64,000 nucleotides of DNA from Terriglobia bacterium (GTDB taxonomy: Bacteria > Acidobacteriota > Terriglobia > 20CM-2-55-15). The DNA lies in the NCBI GenBank assembly GCA_965198225.1, contig CBDAOY010000006.1, forward strand, positions 480,001 to 544,000, written 5' to 3'. This document shows positions 51,900-61,829 of this stretch, one piece after another. The notes under the pieces were generated by a model. That model did no database searches. It was not told where the DNA came from and was given only the letters and a program-made list of their open reading frames with translations. A program made the translations under genes and the position numbers. Each line of letters starts with the position of its first letter. The first letter of the stretch is position 1.

Positions 51900-53291
51900 T
51901 CAGGATGAGGACGTTCCCGGAAGCGACACGCGAAACCCGGCTCCGCCGAGTTGCCCGTCGATGAGTATGACATCCCCTCCCGCGAGCAAAGCACTCTTGC
52001 GCGCTATCGACAGTCCCAGACCCATGCCCTTCTTTTTGAACGTGATCGTCGGTTGAAACAATGAGGCCCGAGCTTCGGGCGTCAAGCCGGGACCGGAATC
52101 GTGGACTTCGACGAAGACACCGTCGCCATCGCACCCGGTAGCGGTGCGGACCCTGCCCTCCGGGCCCGCGGCTTCCGCCGCGTTTTCGAGAAGGTTGGTG
52201 AGGATCCCCCTCGTCTGGTCCGCATCGGCCCACGCCGTCGGCTTCCCCTCATCCAGGCTCAATTCGTATGTCACATCGCGGTGCCCCGGACTGAGGAACG
52301 CCACCCGCTCTTCGATCAGCGCGTTGACGTCCAGCGTTTCCGGGTTCACGGAAGGTTCGCTCGAGAATTCCGAAAACGCGCGGACGCGTCGCTCGAGCGT
52401 TTCCACCTCGTTGACGACGATGCCGGCCGCCTGTTCCATGAACTGGCGATCCTCGCGGTTGCTTCGGGTGAGCATTTCCTCGACCGTCAGCCGGATGGGC
52501 GTCAGCGAGTTCTTGAGTTCATGCGCCATCTTGCGCGCGAGGGCCTGCCAGCTGGCAACCTGCGTGAGGTAGATGAGGCGTTCGCGGCTCTGTTCGAGCC
52601 GGTCGGCCATGTAGTTGAATGCTCGAATCGCCTGTCCGGTTTCGTCGTGACGGTCGGTGTCCAGGCGGACTCCGAGATCGCCTCCGGCCAGCTGCCCCAA
52701 GCCTCCCGTCAGTTGCTGTATCGGCCGGCTGATACGGTACGCCAGGTAGATCAGAGACAGCAGCGACGTAATCCAAACCGCCACCACAAGCGTCACCAGC
52801 GTCAGGATGAACCCGCGTCTGAGGTCGCGGGACAGGGCGACCTCGACCGTCTGCCGCGCCTGGCTGTACTGAGTAGCGAGCTCGTCCATGCGGATGTCGC
52901 CCAGGCTCTTCGAATAGGCGTAAACGGCGCCCTCGTCACGAACGAGGTAATCCAGAACGTTCCCCCCGGGGCCGGAGACATCGAAACGGGCGGCCTCTTC
53001 GCTCTCCCAGAATGCGGCGATAGTTTCGGGCCAGGCTCCACGGTTGGCAGCCAGGTATACCTCATCCGGGGTTCGACCTAGAGTCACCTCCGTTTCAAGC
53101 TCGTGACGAGCCTGTTGGTAGAACTCCCGGGCCGTCTCTTCCAGGGCGAGCGATAGCGCGTCCAGCTCCGTGGTCGTTGCAAGATCCAGGCTGCGATCCA
53201 GCAACGCGGTCGTAATCCATACCGTCGCGATGAGGGGGACGACAGTCGCGGCGACAAAAGCTGCGATCAACCGGTTACGCACCCTGTTCAT
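51900..53291 (-). CDS. HAMP sensor histidine kinase (NtrY-like)
   Basis: 2 TM, HAMP, WQALARKMAHELKNSLTPI, NLLENA, DSGPG, GMGLGL. Confidence 0.93.
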   Translation of the reverse strand: MNRVRNRLIAAFVAATVVPLIATVWITTALLDRSLDLATTTELDALSLALEETAREFYQQARHELETEVTLGRTPDEVYLAANRGAWPETIAAFWESEEAARFDVSGPGGNVLDYLVRDEGAVYAYSKSLGDIRMDELATQYSQARQTVEVALSRDLRRGFILTLVTLVVAVWITSLLSLIYLAYRISRPIQQLTGGLGQLAGGDLGVRLDTDRHDETGQAIRAFNYMADRLEQSRERLIYLTQVASWQALARKMAHELKNSLTPIRLTVEEMLTRSNREDRQFMEQAAGIVVNEVETLERRVRAFSEFSSEPSVNPETLDVNALIEERVAFLSPGHRDVTYELSLDEGKPTAWADADQTRGILTNLLENAAEAAGPEGRVRTATGCDGDGVFVEVHDSGPGLTPEARASLFQPTITFKKKGMGLGLSIARKSALLAGGDVILIDGQLGGAGFRVSLPGTSSS

Positions 53292-53303
53292 CGGAGTGTC
53301 GTC

Positions 53304-53580
53304 CTAGTGTCCTGTAACAGAAATAACATCACTATCGCTGACGAGTGTTGCTCGCCCAATCGGACAGTAGTGGGAACGTCATGACGGTCAGCAACCCTGG
53401 AGTTTCATTGGCCGAAGCATGGGCAACACCCGCCAGCCCAAAGGGTTCGGGCGGAACGGGGCCGTCTTCGTTGTCGTCGACTCCTACCAATGAAAGAGCA
53501 TTGCGTTGTCGTCGACTCCTAGAATCCGACCCCGTTGCGCTCCGAACGATAGCGACGTTACTTCTGTTACAGAACACTAG
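53304..53580. mobile_element. MITE-like element (277 bp), CTAG-bounded, 34-bp terminal inverted repeats
   Basis: CTAGTGTCCTGTAACAGAAATAACATCACTATCG ... CGATAGCGACGTTACTTCTGTTACAGAACACTAG (30/34 match); the right CTAG contains the stop of the upstream gene. Confidence 0.85.
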
Positions 53581-54146
53581 CGCAAGTCCCTCAGCTGTAC
53601 GGGACCCACTTCCTCCCGGCCCTGGAGCAATTGCTCGCGATCCCGACGGCTGAATATATCGATCAGGTTGCCCAAAGCGACGCCGAATGGTCCCGAGCCG
53701 TCATTCTGGTCTTCCCGGCTCTCCTCGATGAACTGCAACCTTAGCCAGAACGACTGATCTTCATCGAGCCCCGAGATGGGCAAAGAAAGCTTGTCCACGC
53801 ACCACGCTTCGGCATCCCCGGCCGAGAGGTGGGAAACCGAGCTCGGTGTCGGGGCCAGGTGGGTGACGGCAAACTTTTCTTCCCATAGATCGTAACTCAC
53901 CACGCATCGCTGTGTGTCGACCTCGGCGACGGAGAAGTCGATCCGCTTCCGAAGGTCGAGCGTCAGCTTGAACGTGACCGATGCCCCGTTTTGGAGGTGA
54001 TCGAGTGGCGCTTCCACGAGAAAGCGGAGCGAGGGCGCAGAGACCTTCAGGCGGTCACCCTCGAGACGGGCCTTCATGGGCTCGGCAGCCAGCGTGCTGC
54101 CGATCACGGCCAGCGCGAGCACTCCCACCGATGTCGCCCGACGCAT
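53577..54146 (-). CDS. DUF4390-like periplasmic protein
   Basis: Signal peptide; LQNGASVTF..L and SYDLWEEKF pattern; position directly before an NtrY-like kinase. Confidence 0.6.
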   Translation of the reverse strand: MRRATSVGVLALAVIGSTLAAEPMKARLEGDRLKVSAPSLRFLVEAPLDHLQNGASVTFKLTLDLRKRIDFSVAEVDTQRCVVSYDLWEEKFAVTHLAPTPSSVSHLSAGDAEAWCVDKLSLPISGLDEDQSFWLRLQFIEESREDQNDGSGPFGVALGNLIDIFSRRDREQLLQGREEVGPVQLRDLR

Positions 54147-54163
54147 GGAGATTCCTCGGCGCC

Positions 54164-55714
54164 TCAAAACCCGACCCCTATCCGGATCCCGACGGTGAAG
54201 ACCGGTTTGAACTCCGACGACTTCAGTGGAAACGCCAGCGAAAGGAACCAGTCGTCATCCGGGTCGTCGCCGTGGAACCCGAATCCCACCGAGTGTCGGA
54301 CGCGGGTTTCCTCACCGCTGTTCCAGGCGGCGCCCGCATCGTAGAACATCTGGAACACGGAGTAGCCATACTCCAGGGAACCATCGACGACCCGATCGGC
54401 TCCATACGGAGTGAGATCGAACTTATTCCAGCCACGCAGAGTCTTCGAGTTTCCGAGCGCAAAGCGTTCGAACAGCGGCGGGGTTCCCTCGATCCGTCCC
54501 GCCTGGAAACGTCCCAGGAAGCGGTTCCGGCCGCGCCTGAACGAGTAGTCGGCGCGGCCCAAGTGGCGGGAGTACACAAAGTCACTGGCGATGTTTCCGG
54601 CTCCCGCCCGGGCCTGGTATTCACCCCTGAACAAGTGCCGGTCCTCGTCCTCGCCCTCACCCCAACGGCGTTCGAAGCGGAGCGAAGCCACCCCTGCATT
54701 GGCGCTCTCGAAGGCCGGTTCTCCCGGCGCCGCGGGCAGCGTCTCCACGTCGAGTTCGGAGATGCTGGTTCCGACGCTGAAGTTGAGTTCGGGTGTGATC
54801 GCGACGGTGATCGACGCGTCGAAGCTCAGGCGTGAGCGGTAGGTGCCCGGCACACCCGGTGCGTCCTGGAGGGCGAGACGAGTAGCCGGCTCCCATTTTT
54901 GTCGGTAGCCGGCGAAAGCCAACCGGACTCCCAGCCGATCCGTCCCAACCCGCACGTTCTGGTAGGAAAGACCAAAACCGGAGAAGCGCTCGATCAGGTC
55001 GTCGGCGTTATAGACCCCATGCAGCGAAACCCGATTGTGACCCACCTCTATGGGCGCTTCCACCGCAAAGCTGAAGTTGTGCTTCGAGTGGTACAGGAAG
55101 AAGGAGGGCAGTTCCCGGAACGGAATCCAGGGTTCCCGCTCCACTTCGAAGATTACCCGTATCTGATCGCGAATCGTGCCTCGCTTGATTCGCCGGGAGA
55201 CCCTCTGACGCGGCCCGAGTTCTTCGGCGATCTTCCTGCGGACACGAGCGGCTTCCTCCTGGTCGAGCCGTTCACCGACCAGATCCTGCATTGCCCGCCG
55301 AACCTCCTCGCTGAGGGTCGATTCGTCCACACCGTCGATCTCGACGCTTTCGATCGTGTAGCGGGAATTGATGTTCGTTCGCAGAGCCTCGTCGTCGCCG
55401 ATCCGCGCGATGAGGAAGATCAGCCGAATTCGGCCCGCCGCGTCGGTGGTCGCGATCTCACGCGTAGCCGCGATGTATTCGGGGAGTTCGAGCCCGACGC
55501 GGTCGGTCAACTCCCGGACGGCGTCCGCGTCGAGCGGCATGCCTTCCAGAGCGCGGATGTCTCTGCGGAGTCCCGGGCTAAGCCGGTCGTCGTCGATCCC
55601 CGTTACCTCGACCGAGTCGATGATCGGTGGCTGACCGGCCGGCGGCACCTGGGCCACCGCCGTTGCGTTCGCCAAGACTGTCGTGATCAACAACGCACGG
55701 ATTAGTCGCTTCAT
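54164..55714 (-). CDS. Omp85/BamA-TamA superfamily outer-membrane protein with two POTRA-like domains
   Basis: Signal peptide; IDSVEVTG and IESVEIDG repeats; ERFALGNSKTLRGW (L6 xRGx motif); FYDAG; terminal GVGF. Confidence 0.8.
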   Translation of the reverse strand: MKRLIRALLITTVLANATAVAQVPPAGQPPIIDSVEVTGIDDDRLSPGLRRDIRALEGMPLDADAVRELTDRVGLELPEYIAATREIATTDAAGRIRLIFLIARIGDDEALRTNINSRYTIESVEIDGVDESTLSEEVRRAMQDLVGERLDQEEAARVRRKIAEELGPRQRVSRRIKRGTIRDQIRVIFEVEREPWIPFRELPSFFLYHSKHNFSFAVEAPIEVGHNRVSLHGVYNADDLIERFSGFGLSYQNVRVGTDRLGVRLAFAGYRQKWEPATRLALQDAPGVPGTYRSRLSFDASITVAITPELNFSVGTSISELDVETLPAAPGEPAFESANAGVASLRFERRWGEGEDEDRHLFRGEYQARAGAGNIASDFVYSRHLGRADYSFRRGRNRFLGRFQAGRIEGTPPLFERFALGNSKTLRGWNKFDLTPYGADRVVDGSLEYGYSVFQMFYDAGAAWNSGEETRVRHSVGFGFHGDDPDDDWFLSLAFPLKSSEFKPVFTVGIRIGVGF

Positions 55715-56031
55715 GCGCGTCGTCACAGCACATCCTCGTCCATTGTCTAAGCCTTTGAGGATACTGGAAAATGGACGCTGTCGACCGTGAAAGGGAAGCA
55801 CGGGTGGGGCGCAATCCGCACGCTTCGGTGATTTCTCGCGAGCTCTGTCGAACTTAAACGACTCAAATCTGCATGCGGGTGAACCCAGTCACCCGGCGGG
55901 CCGCGCCGTCAACACGTTAGAGCGGCCGTGTTCAGTTGCAAACACCCGTCTTAGCGGCTTTGTTTCTGGGAAGTGACTTGCCTCGAGTAATACCACAGAG
56001 GCTCAGACAGCCCGGCGTATGATGGAGGGAC

Positions 56032-57081
56032 ATGACAAGCAGGGGAAAAAATTTTCTGATCGGCGGTTTGATCGCGTTCGGAGCCCTGGCGGTGTTGGTC
56101 ATTGCCGTTGCGATAGGTTTCGGAGTCTGGTTGAACCAGCCTGGAGAGTTGCTGGATCCGGCCCGCTTGCTCAGCAGTGACGCGACCGGATACGCCGAGT
56201 GGACCCTGCGTCTGGACGATCCAGGAACCGAGGGTTTCGTCGAGTTGCTGATCGAGGCGATTCAGGAAATGCCACGCGAGGTCGAGGACTCCCTGCCGTC
56301 GTTCCTGCAAGTGTGGGTTACAGATGCCCGAAACGACCAGGTCCGCGGAGACATCGAGGAAGCGCTCCCAACGGTGGTCGCGTGGACACTCCATCCCGCG
56401 CAGTCGACCGACGAAGATCTGCACCTGTTGAGCGTCAGCGTGCAACCCATGGCCAACCGCGTGCGGTTCGCCGACTGGATGGCTGGATTCGTTCTGGACC
56501 GATCAGATCGGTCGATGGTCCACAGGTACGAGGGGGAGAAGATCTACCAGTTCAAAGTCGGCGAGCGCGAACTCGAGCTGACCCTTTTTGGATGGAGAGG
56601 AGCCCTTTTCGCCACGACGGACTTGGCGATGGCCCGACAGGCGGTGGATCTGCTGCGCCAGGACGGGCGTCAGGACCAGGATCGGACCGAGTTGGAGCGA
56701 CTGTTTGCCAGGACACGCGACACTGACCCGCTCCGGGCCGCGATCACCAACCAGCACGGCGAGGTCTATCGGTTGTTGGAAACCGCCCGTGGCAGACCCA
56801 TCGACTACCAGGAAGAATGGCAGGCCTTACAGGGCGGCGATCTGACGGGTGGTCTGCGAGCCGATGGGACGTTCGAGGCGATGATCGAGTTGATCGCCCC
56901 GGATATCGAGTGGTCCGAGGCTCAGGTGCAGGGGATGGAGGAGGCATTCCGACTTGGCCTGGAACGGATCCCTTTGGAATTCGCAGTCCAGGCAACCGTC
57001 ATGGACGACGGACTACGGCTGGACATCCGGGTTCCGAACCTGGTGGTGTCGCTGAGCCACTTGGTGGAACGGGTCCGCTAG
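56032..57081 (+). CDS. Hypothetical membrane-anchored protein
   Basis: GGAGGG RBS; N-terminal TM; 349-aa ORF. Confidence 0.7.
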   Translation: MTSRGKNFLIGGLIAFGALAVLVIAVAIGFGVWLNQPGELLDPARLLSSDATGYAEWTLRLDDPGTEGFVELLIEAIQEMPREVEDSLPSFLQVWVTDARNDQVRGDIEEALPTVVAWTLHPAQSTDEDLHLLSVSVQPMANRVRFADWMAGFVLDRSDRSMVHRYEGEKIYQFKVGERELELTLFGWRGALFATTDLAMARQAVDLLRQDGRQDQDRTELERLFARTRDTDPLRAAITNQHGEVYRLLETARGRPIDYQEEWQALQGGDLTGGLRADGTFEAMIELIAPDIEWSEAQVQGMEEAFRLGLERIPLEFAVQATVMDDGLRLDIRVPNLVVSLSHLVERVR

Positions 57082-57211
57082 GTCTAGCCACCCGGTCATC
57101 TATCGGGAGACACGTCGATCGGCGCACCTGGACGGTCTGCCGACTGATCAGCCAGGCCTACTCCCGCTTCTTCTTCTCAAAACGAACAGCCAATCTGCCG
57201 GAGTACCAATA

Positions 57212-57676
57212 ATGTTGAAGAATGCCGGATACGTGTTCCTCTTTGCCTTACCCGTTGCCTTGCTCGCCGTGATCGCCCTTCAGCGCGGGCTGCCCGTCGG
57301 GCCGGTTGTGTTTGGACTCGGGTTCATCCCGATGATCGGACTGCTGATCCGACTCCGGGATTTCACGGGCAGCCTCCCCGACATGGTGTTCGGCGCACTG
57401 GACACGGGACTTCTCGTTGTACCTGCACTCTGGGGAGGGATGGCTTTCGGAGTGGCGGGTGCGGTCGCAGGTGGTGTTGTTGGAGATGCTCTGACAGACG
57501 CCATTGCCGGATTCTTCGAGGGCAGCATCGACGAGTCCTTGCGGAGGAAAGGCATTACCGCATCCCGGGAAGCCGTGACCACTGCCCTGGGTAAGATGAC
57601 CGGGTGCCTTCTTGGAGCAGGAACTGTCTTGACGGTGGCTTGGCTGGTCGGAATTCAACCTGAGTTCGGCGGATAG
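57212..57676 (+). CDS. Gly-rich membrane protein, TMEM65/VIT1-like motifs
   Basis: FGALDTG, GGVVGDALTDAIAG, GKMTGCLLG. Confidence 0.6.
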   Translation: MLKNAGYVFLFALPVALLAVIALQRGLPVGPVVFGLGFIPMIGLLIRLRDFTGSLPDMVFGALDTGLLVVPALWGGMAFGVAGAVAGGVVGDALTDAIAGFFEGSIDESLRRKGITASREAVTTALGKMTGCLLGAGTVLTVAWLVGIQPEFGG

Positions 57677-57747
57677 TGATCAGCACGAAACCGTGGTACC
57701 TTGCCGCGGGCTGCATCCGAGCGCGACTATCTTCGATGGGCCTCAGC

Positions 57748-58143
57748 TCAAGTCTGCGCGAATTGCTCCGTCGTATAGTCCCGCGTCAGGAGCTCGAGGA
57801 GATGGCCGTTCGGATCACGGAAGTAGACCCCCCGTCCACCGTTCCAGTGGTTGATCGCCATGTTCTCGGGAGTCCCCGGACCACTTCCGTAGACGAGGCC
57901 CGCGTCGACGATCCGGCCGAAGATCTCGTCGAACTCGACTTCGCTCACCTTGAACGCGAAGTGCCGGGGCTTGAACGAGGTGCGGTTTTCGAAATCCAGC
58001 GTCAGTGACTGGCTGGGGATCTTGATGGGCGCGAAGTGACCCATGGGTCCTTCATACTCGAATCCGAACATGTGTGTGTAAAAGCGCACGGATTCTTCCT
58101 TGTCGCTGGCGGGAACGATCGTGTGATTCAGTTCGATGGTTAT
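57748..58143 (-). CDS. VOC/glyoxalase family protein (ATA at the expected start)
   Basis: TIELNHTIVPA, HFAF, GGRGVYFRDPNGHLLELLT; GGGAGG RBS 8 nt before ATA. Confidence 0.85.
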   Translation of the reverse strand: MTIELNHTIVPASDKEESVRFYTHMFGFEYEGPMGHFAPIKIPSQSLTLDFENRTSFKPRHFAFKVSEVEFDEIFGRIVDAGLVYGSGPGTPENMAINHWNGGRGVYFRDPNGHLLELLTRDYTTEQFAQT

Positions 58144-58397
58144 GAGACCGGCCTCCCTTTCACTCGGCTGTGACCCCGATTCTTCAGACTTGAGTATAAC
58201 CGCCGCCCCGAACATCTTCACTCGCTCATGAGGGCCGAGCGGACCGGCCGCCGAAGGGTGTTCCGGGACTCGAACGAGATCGATGTCCAACTGGATCGAG
58301 TGGAGTCGCAGCTGAGCTTAATCCGTGCGCGGAGCCGAGGATGCGCCCGATTCCCCCAGTCTGCCCAAATGTCAGCTGTGCGTACTAATTAGGGCTC

Positions 58398-59588
58398 CTA
58401 TACCTTCGATTTCCGGCCGTCGGAGGTCGATCTTTCTTGTTCGAGAACCTTGCGCTTCAAAGTTGCCCCCCAGCGATACTCGCCGGTATCGCCGTCCTTC
58501 CGAACCACGCGGTGGCACGGAATGACCAACGCGGCGGGGTTGGATGCGCACGCCCTGGCAACGGCTCTAACTGCCTTCGGTTTGCCGATCTGCTGCGCGA
58601 TCTCGCTGTAGGACCGGCGATCCCCGTAGGGAACCGTTCGAAGCTCCTGCCACACGCGCCACTGGAAGGCTGTGGCTCGGATGTCGAGCGGTAGATCCAG
58701 ATGGGGGTGTTCTCCTTTCAGATGATCGAGGAGGATGCGGACAAAGATTTCCAGGTCCTGGTCGTCGCGACGGACATCGGCGCCGGAGTACTCCTGAAGG
58801 AACGACGTCCGGAGCTTTCGCTCAGATTGGCCCAGCTGAACGGCGCAGACGCCCCGGTCCGTCGTGGCGACCAGCATGTAGCTGAACGGACATGGGGCAA
58901 CCGTGTAACGCAAGGAAGCTCCCCGACCCGCCCGCCCGTAAGTCGCCGGCGTCATTCCAAGCTGCGACGACGCCCGTTCATAGAGGCCCCTGCTGGACCC
59001 GTACCCTGCCTGGTAGAGGGCGGCCGTCAGAGATTCACCTTCCCGAACGAGGCTCTTGAACCGGCTTAAACGACAGGCATCGGCATACTGCCGCGGGGTG
59101 ACACCAAGCAGCCGTTTGAAGGTCCGCTGAAGGTGGTACGAGCTGACTCCCACTTTTTCCGCGAGTTCGTCCAGCGTCAAACTGTCCGCCGCGCCGTCCT
59201 CGACGAGACGACAGATGCGCTGTGCCATCTCCAGGTGACGATCCTCTATGGCAGCTTCCCGTGGCCGACACCGACGACAAGATCGAAACCCCGCGCCTTC
59301 CGCGGCCTCCGGAATCGCGAAGAACAATACCTGGTTTCGACGGGGACGGCGGGCCGGACAGGATGGGTGGCAGTATATTCCAGTGGACCGGACTGCGAAC
59401 ACAAACGTTCCGTCACGGCTGGCGTCTCTGGAACAGACGGCTTCCCAAAGGCCTGCTTCACCGGCAACGTCTGGTCCAGGGCCTCGTTTCTTCAAGATTC
59501 GATCTTCGCTCTGAATTGCGGTTGAGATCACTGCTGAATCCTCCTCTTGCTGCAAACAAGATAGAGGATCTGCGTTCAGGGAATCCAT
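58398..59588 (-). CDS. ada: Bifunctional Ada transcriptional activator / O6-methylguanine-DNA methyltransferase
   Basis: STGIYCHPSCPAR, GFRSCRRC, AraC HTH, IPCHRVV active site; start uncertain. Confidence 0.93.
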   Translation of the reverse strand: MDSLNADPLSCLQQEEDSAVISTAIQSEDRILKKRGPGPDVAGEAGLWEAVCSRDASRDGTFVFAVRSTGIYCHPSCPARRPRRNQVLFFAIPEAAEGAGFRSCRRCRPREAAIEDRHLEMAQRICRLVEDGAADSLTLDELAEKVGVSSYHLQRTFKRLLGVTPRQYADACRLSRFKSLVREGESLTAALYQAGYGSSRGLYERASSQLGMTPATYGRAGRGASLRYTVAPCPFSYMLVATTDRGVCAVQLGQSERKLRTSFLQEYSGADVRRDDQDLEIFVRILLDHLKGEHPHLDLPLDIRATAFQWRVWQELRTVPYGDRRSYSEIAQQIGKPKAVRAVARACASNPAALVIPCHRVVRKDGDTGEYRWGATLKRKVLEQERSTSDGRKSKV

Positions 59589-59749
59589 CCGGTTCTTGCT
59601 TTCAAACCAGCTTTGGAGCACGGCCCTGTGCGGCTTCCAGATCGGTGAGTCCGGAAAAGATGCAGTTTGTTGGCTGAATCATGGGAATTTGGTGGCCAGG
59701 TTCTGCCGACGTCAAGCAGTTTTGGTACATTGTTCGGTTGAGGCTACTC

Positions 59750-60694
59750 ATGTCCAAGGCACTATCGTGCAGACGACTCTTCAAGCGCTATGAGAGCGGG
59801 AAGAAAGCCGTCGATGCCGTTCGCGGACTGGACCTGGAAGTCGAGCAGGGAGAGTGCTTCGGGTTGCTGGGCCCGAACGGCGCCGGCAAGACGACCACTG
59901 TAGAAATCCTGGAGGGTCTGCTTGAACCGACATCGGGAGAGGTCGAGATACTCGGCCGGCGATGGGGCGTGGGCCGCGATCACCAACTGCGACAGCGGTT
60001 GGGAATTACTCTCCAGGAAACGAAGCTGGTCGAGAAGCTGAGCGTCCTGGAAACCCTCCGGCTCTTCCGGAGTTTCTACGACGAAGGGAGCGATCCGGAG
60101 GAGACCCTGGCGCGGGTTGGCCTCGAGGAAAAGTCCGCAACGTGGATCCGAAAGCTGTCAGGAGGACAGAGGCAACGAGTGGCGGTCGCCTGCGCGCTGG
60201 TCGGCAGACCCGAACTGCTTTTCCTCGACGAGCCGACGACGGGACTCGATCCGCAGGCGCGCCGGCAGCTCTGGGAAGTGGTCACGAGCTTGAAGCGGGA
60301 AGGCAGGACGATTCTCCTCACGACCCACTACATGGACGAGGCCGAGAGGCTTTGTGACCGCGTGGCAGTCATCGATCACGGAAAAGTTATCGCCCTGGGT
60401 TCTCCCAGAGAGCTGATCTCCGGTCTGGGCGGCGAGCACGTCATCGAGTTCAGCCTGGAACCTGACGGGCGGACGGTCGACGCGGCGCTGTTCTCCCGAA
60501 TCGAGGACGTCAGCAAGGCCGTGGAGGAGGCCGAGAGTTACCTGCTCACCGTGTCGGAGCCCCATCGCACGATCCCCGCATTTCTGGAGCTGCTTCGGCG
60601 CGAGAAGCTCGAGTTGAAGAGCCTCACCACACGCCATGTCAACCTGGAGGACGTCTTTGTGACCTTGACCGGGAGGCATCTTCGTGACGATTGA
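59750..60694 (+). CDS. ABC-2 exporter ATP-binding protein
   Basis: GPNGAGKTT, LSGGQ, LFLDEPTTGLDP, TTHYMDEAE. Confidence 0.95.
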   Translation: MSKALSCRRLFKRYESGKKAVDAVRGLDLEVEQGECFGLLGPNGAGKTTTVEILEGLLEPTSGEVEILGRRWGVGRDHQLRQRLGITLQETKLVEKLSVLETLRLFRSFYDEGSDPEETLARVGLEEKSATWIRKLSGGQRQRVAVACALVGRPELLFLDEPTTGLDPQARRQLWEVVTSLKREGRTILLTTHYMDEAERLCDRVAVIDHGKVIALGSPRELISGLGGEHVIEFSLEPDGRTVDAALFSRIEDVSKAVEEAESYLLTVSEPHRTIPAFLELLRREKLELKSLTTRHVNLEDVFVTLTGRHLRDD

Positions 60695-61727
60695 CCGCAG
60701 GCCGTTCTTTCAGCTCATCCTGACTCACCTGCGGGGGTATCTCCGGGAGCCGGGGGCCATATTCTGGACCTACGGCTTTCCTTTGATCATGGTGATCGGG
60801 CTCGGGCTGGCGTTCAACGACGAGACGGAAGTTCGGACACCATTTACGGTGTCCGAACAAGCAGCGTCCCACCCGTTCATCAAAGCGCTGGAAGAGGACA
60901 CGAGGTTCGAAATTGATGTTCACCCCATCGATACAGCGCTCGCCCGCTTGCGCAGGAACCAGACCCCCCTGGTCGTGTCGTTTGACGAGACCGACGGCTT
61001 CGAATACTTCTTCGATCCAACCAACCCGGAAGGAAACGCCACCCGTTCCAGGGTCGACGACGCACTGCAAAGGGAGGGCGGAAGAACCGATGCCTTCGAA
61101 TCGAGGTCTCGGGAAACGGACGCTCCAGGTTCCCGCTATGTCGATTTCCTGGTTCCCGGCCTGATCGGGATGAACATCATGGGTGCGGGGCTCTGGGGTG
61201 TCGGATTCAGCACCGTGGACCTCAGGATCAAGAACCTGCTGAAGCGTCTCGTGGCGACCCCCATGAAGCGAAGCCACTTTCTGCTTTCCCTTGTCGGCAG
61301 TCGGATCGTTTTCTTCATACCCGAAATGCTCTTCCTTCTGGCAGCGTCCCATCTCATATTCGGAGTGCCTATCGCGGGCGACTACTTCAGCGTTCTCTTC
61401 ATCGCCTTTCTTGGCTCCCTGACGTTTGCCGGGCTGGGCTTGCTGACCGCGTCCCGTGCCCGGAGAATCGAGAGCATCAGCGGTCTGATGAACCTGGTGA
61501 TGGTCCCGATGTGGCTCTGCTCGGGGGTCTTCTTCTCGGCGGAGCGGTTCCCTGATTTCATGCAACCGTTCGTCCAGGCACTGCCGCTGACACAGTTGAT
61601 CAACGCACTTCGCGCTGTGATTCTCGTCGGCGAGCCGCTGGCCTCACAGGGCCTTGCGATCGGGATATTAAGCGCATGGTGTGCCATTGCCTACCTGCTG
61701 GCAATCAAGTTGTTCCGATGGGTCTGA
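60684..61727 (+). CDS. ABC-2 type permease
   Basis: REPGAIFW, YVDFLVPG, LKRLVATP, SGVFF, LPLT. Confidence 0.92.
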   Translation: MTIDRRPFFQLILTHLRGYLREPGAIFWTYGFPLIMVIGLGLAFNDETEVRTPFTVSEQAASHPFIKALEEDTRFEIDVHPIDTALARLRRNQTPLVVSFDETDGFEYFFDPTNPEGNATRSRVDDALQREGGRTDAFESRSRETDAPGSRYVDFLVPGLIGMNIMGAGLWGVGFSTVDLRIKNLLKRLVATPMKRSHFLLSLVGSRIVFFIPEMLFLLAASHLIFGVPIAGDYFSVLFIAFLGSLTFAGLGLLTASRARRIESISGLMNLVMVPMWLCSGVFFSAERFPDFMQPFVQALPLTQLINALRAVILVGEPLASQGLAIGILSAWCAIAYLLAIKLFRWV

Positions 61728-61829
61728 ACTCTTGCCAGTTCACGCGTGTTCCTCAAGAGCACCAGTTGGAATTCGGCGACATCGACAAGTACTGGAAACC
61801 GAACGAGGGATAGACACAGGAGAAGACAC

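Noticed and set aside
55846-55925. Possible attC ending in GTTAGAG before the 56032 gene
   Set aside because: No complementary R'' (CTCTAAC) and no pairing L boxes could be built.
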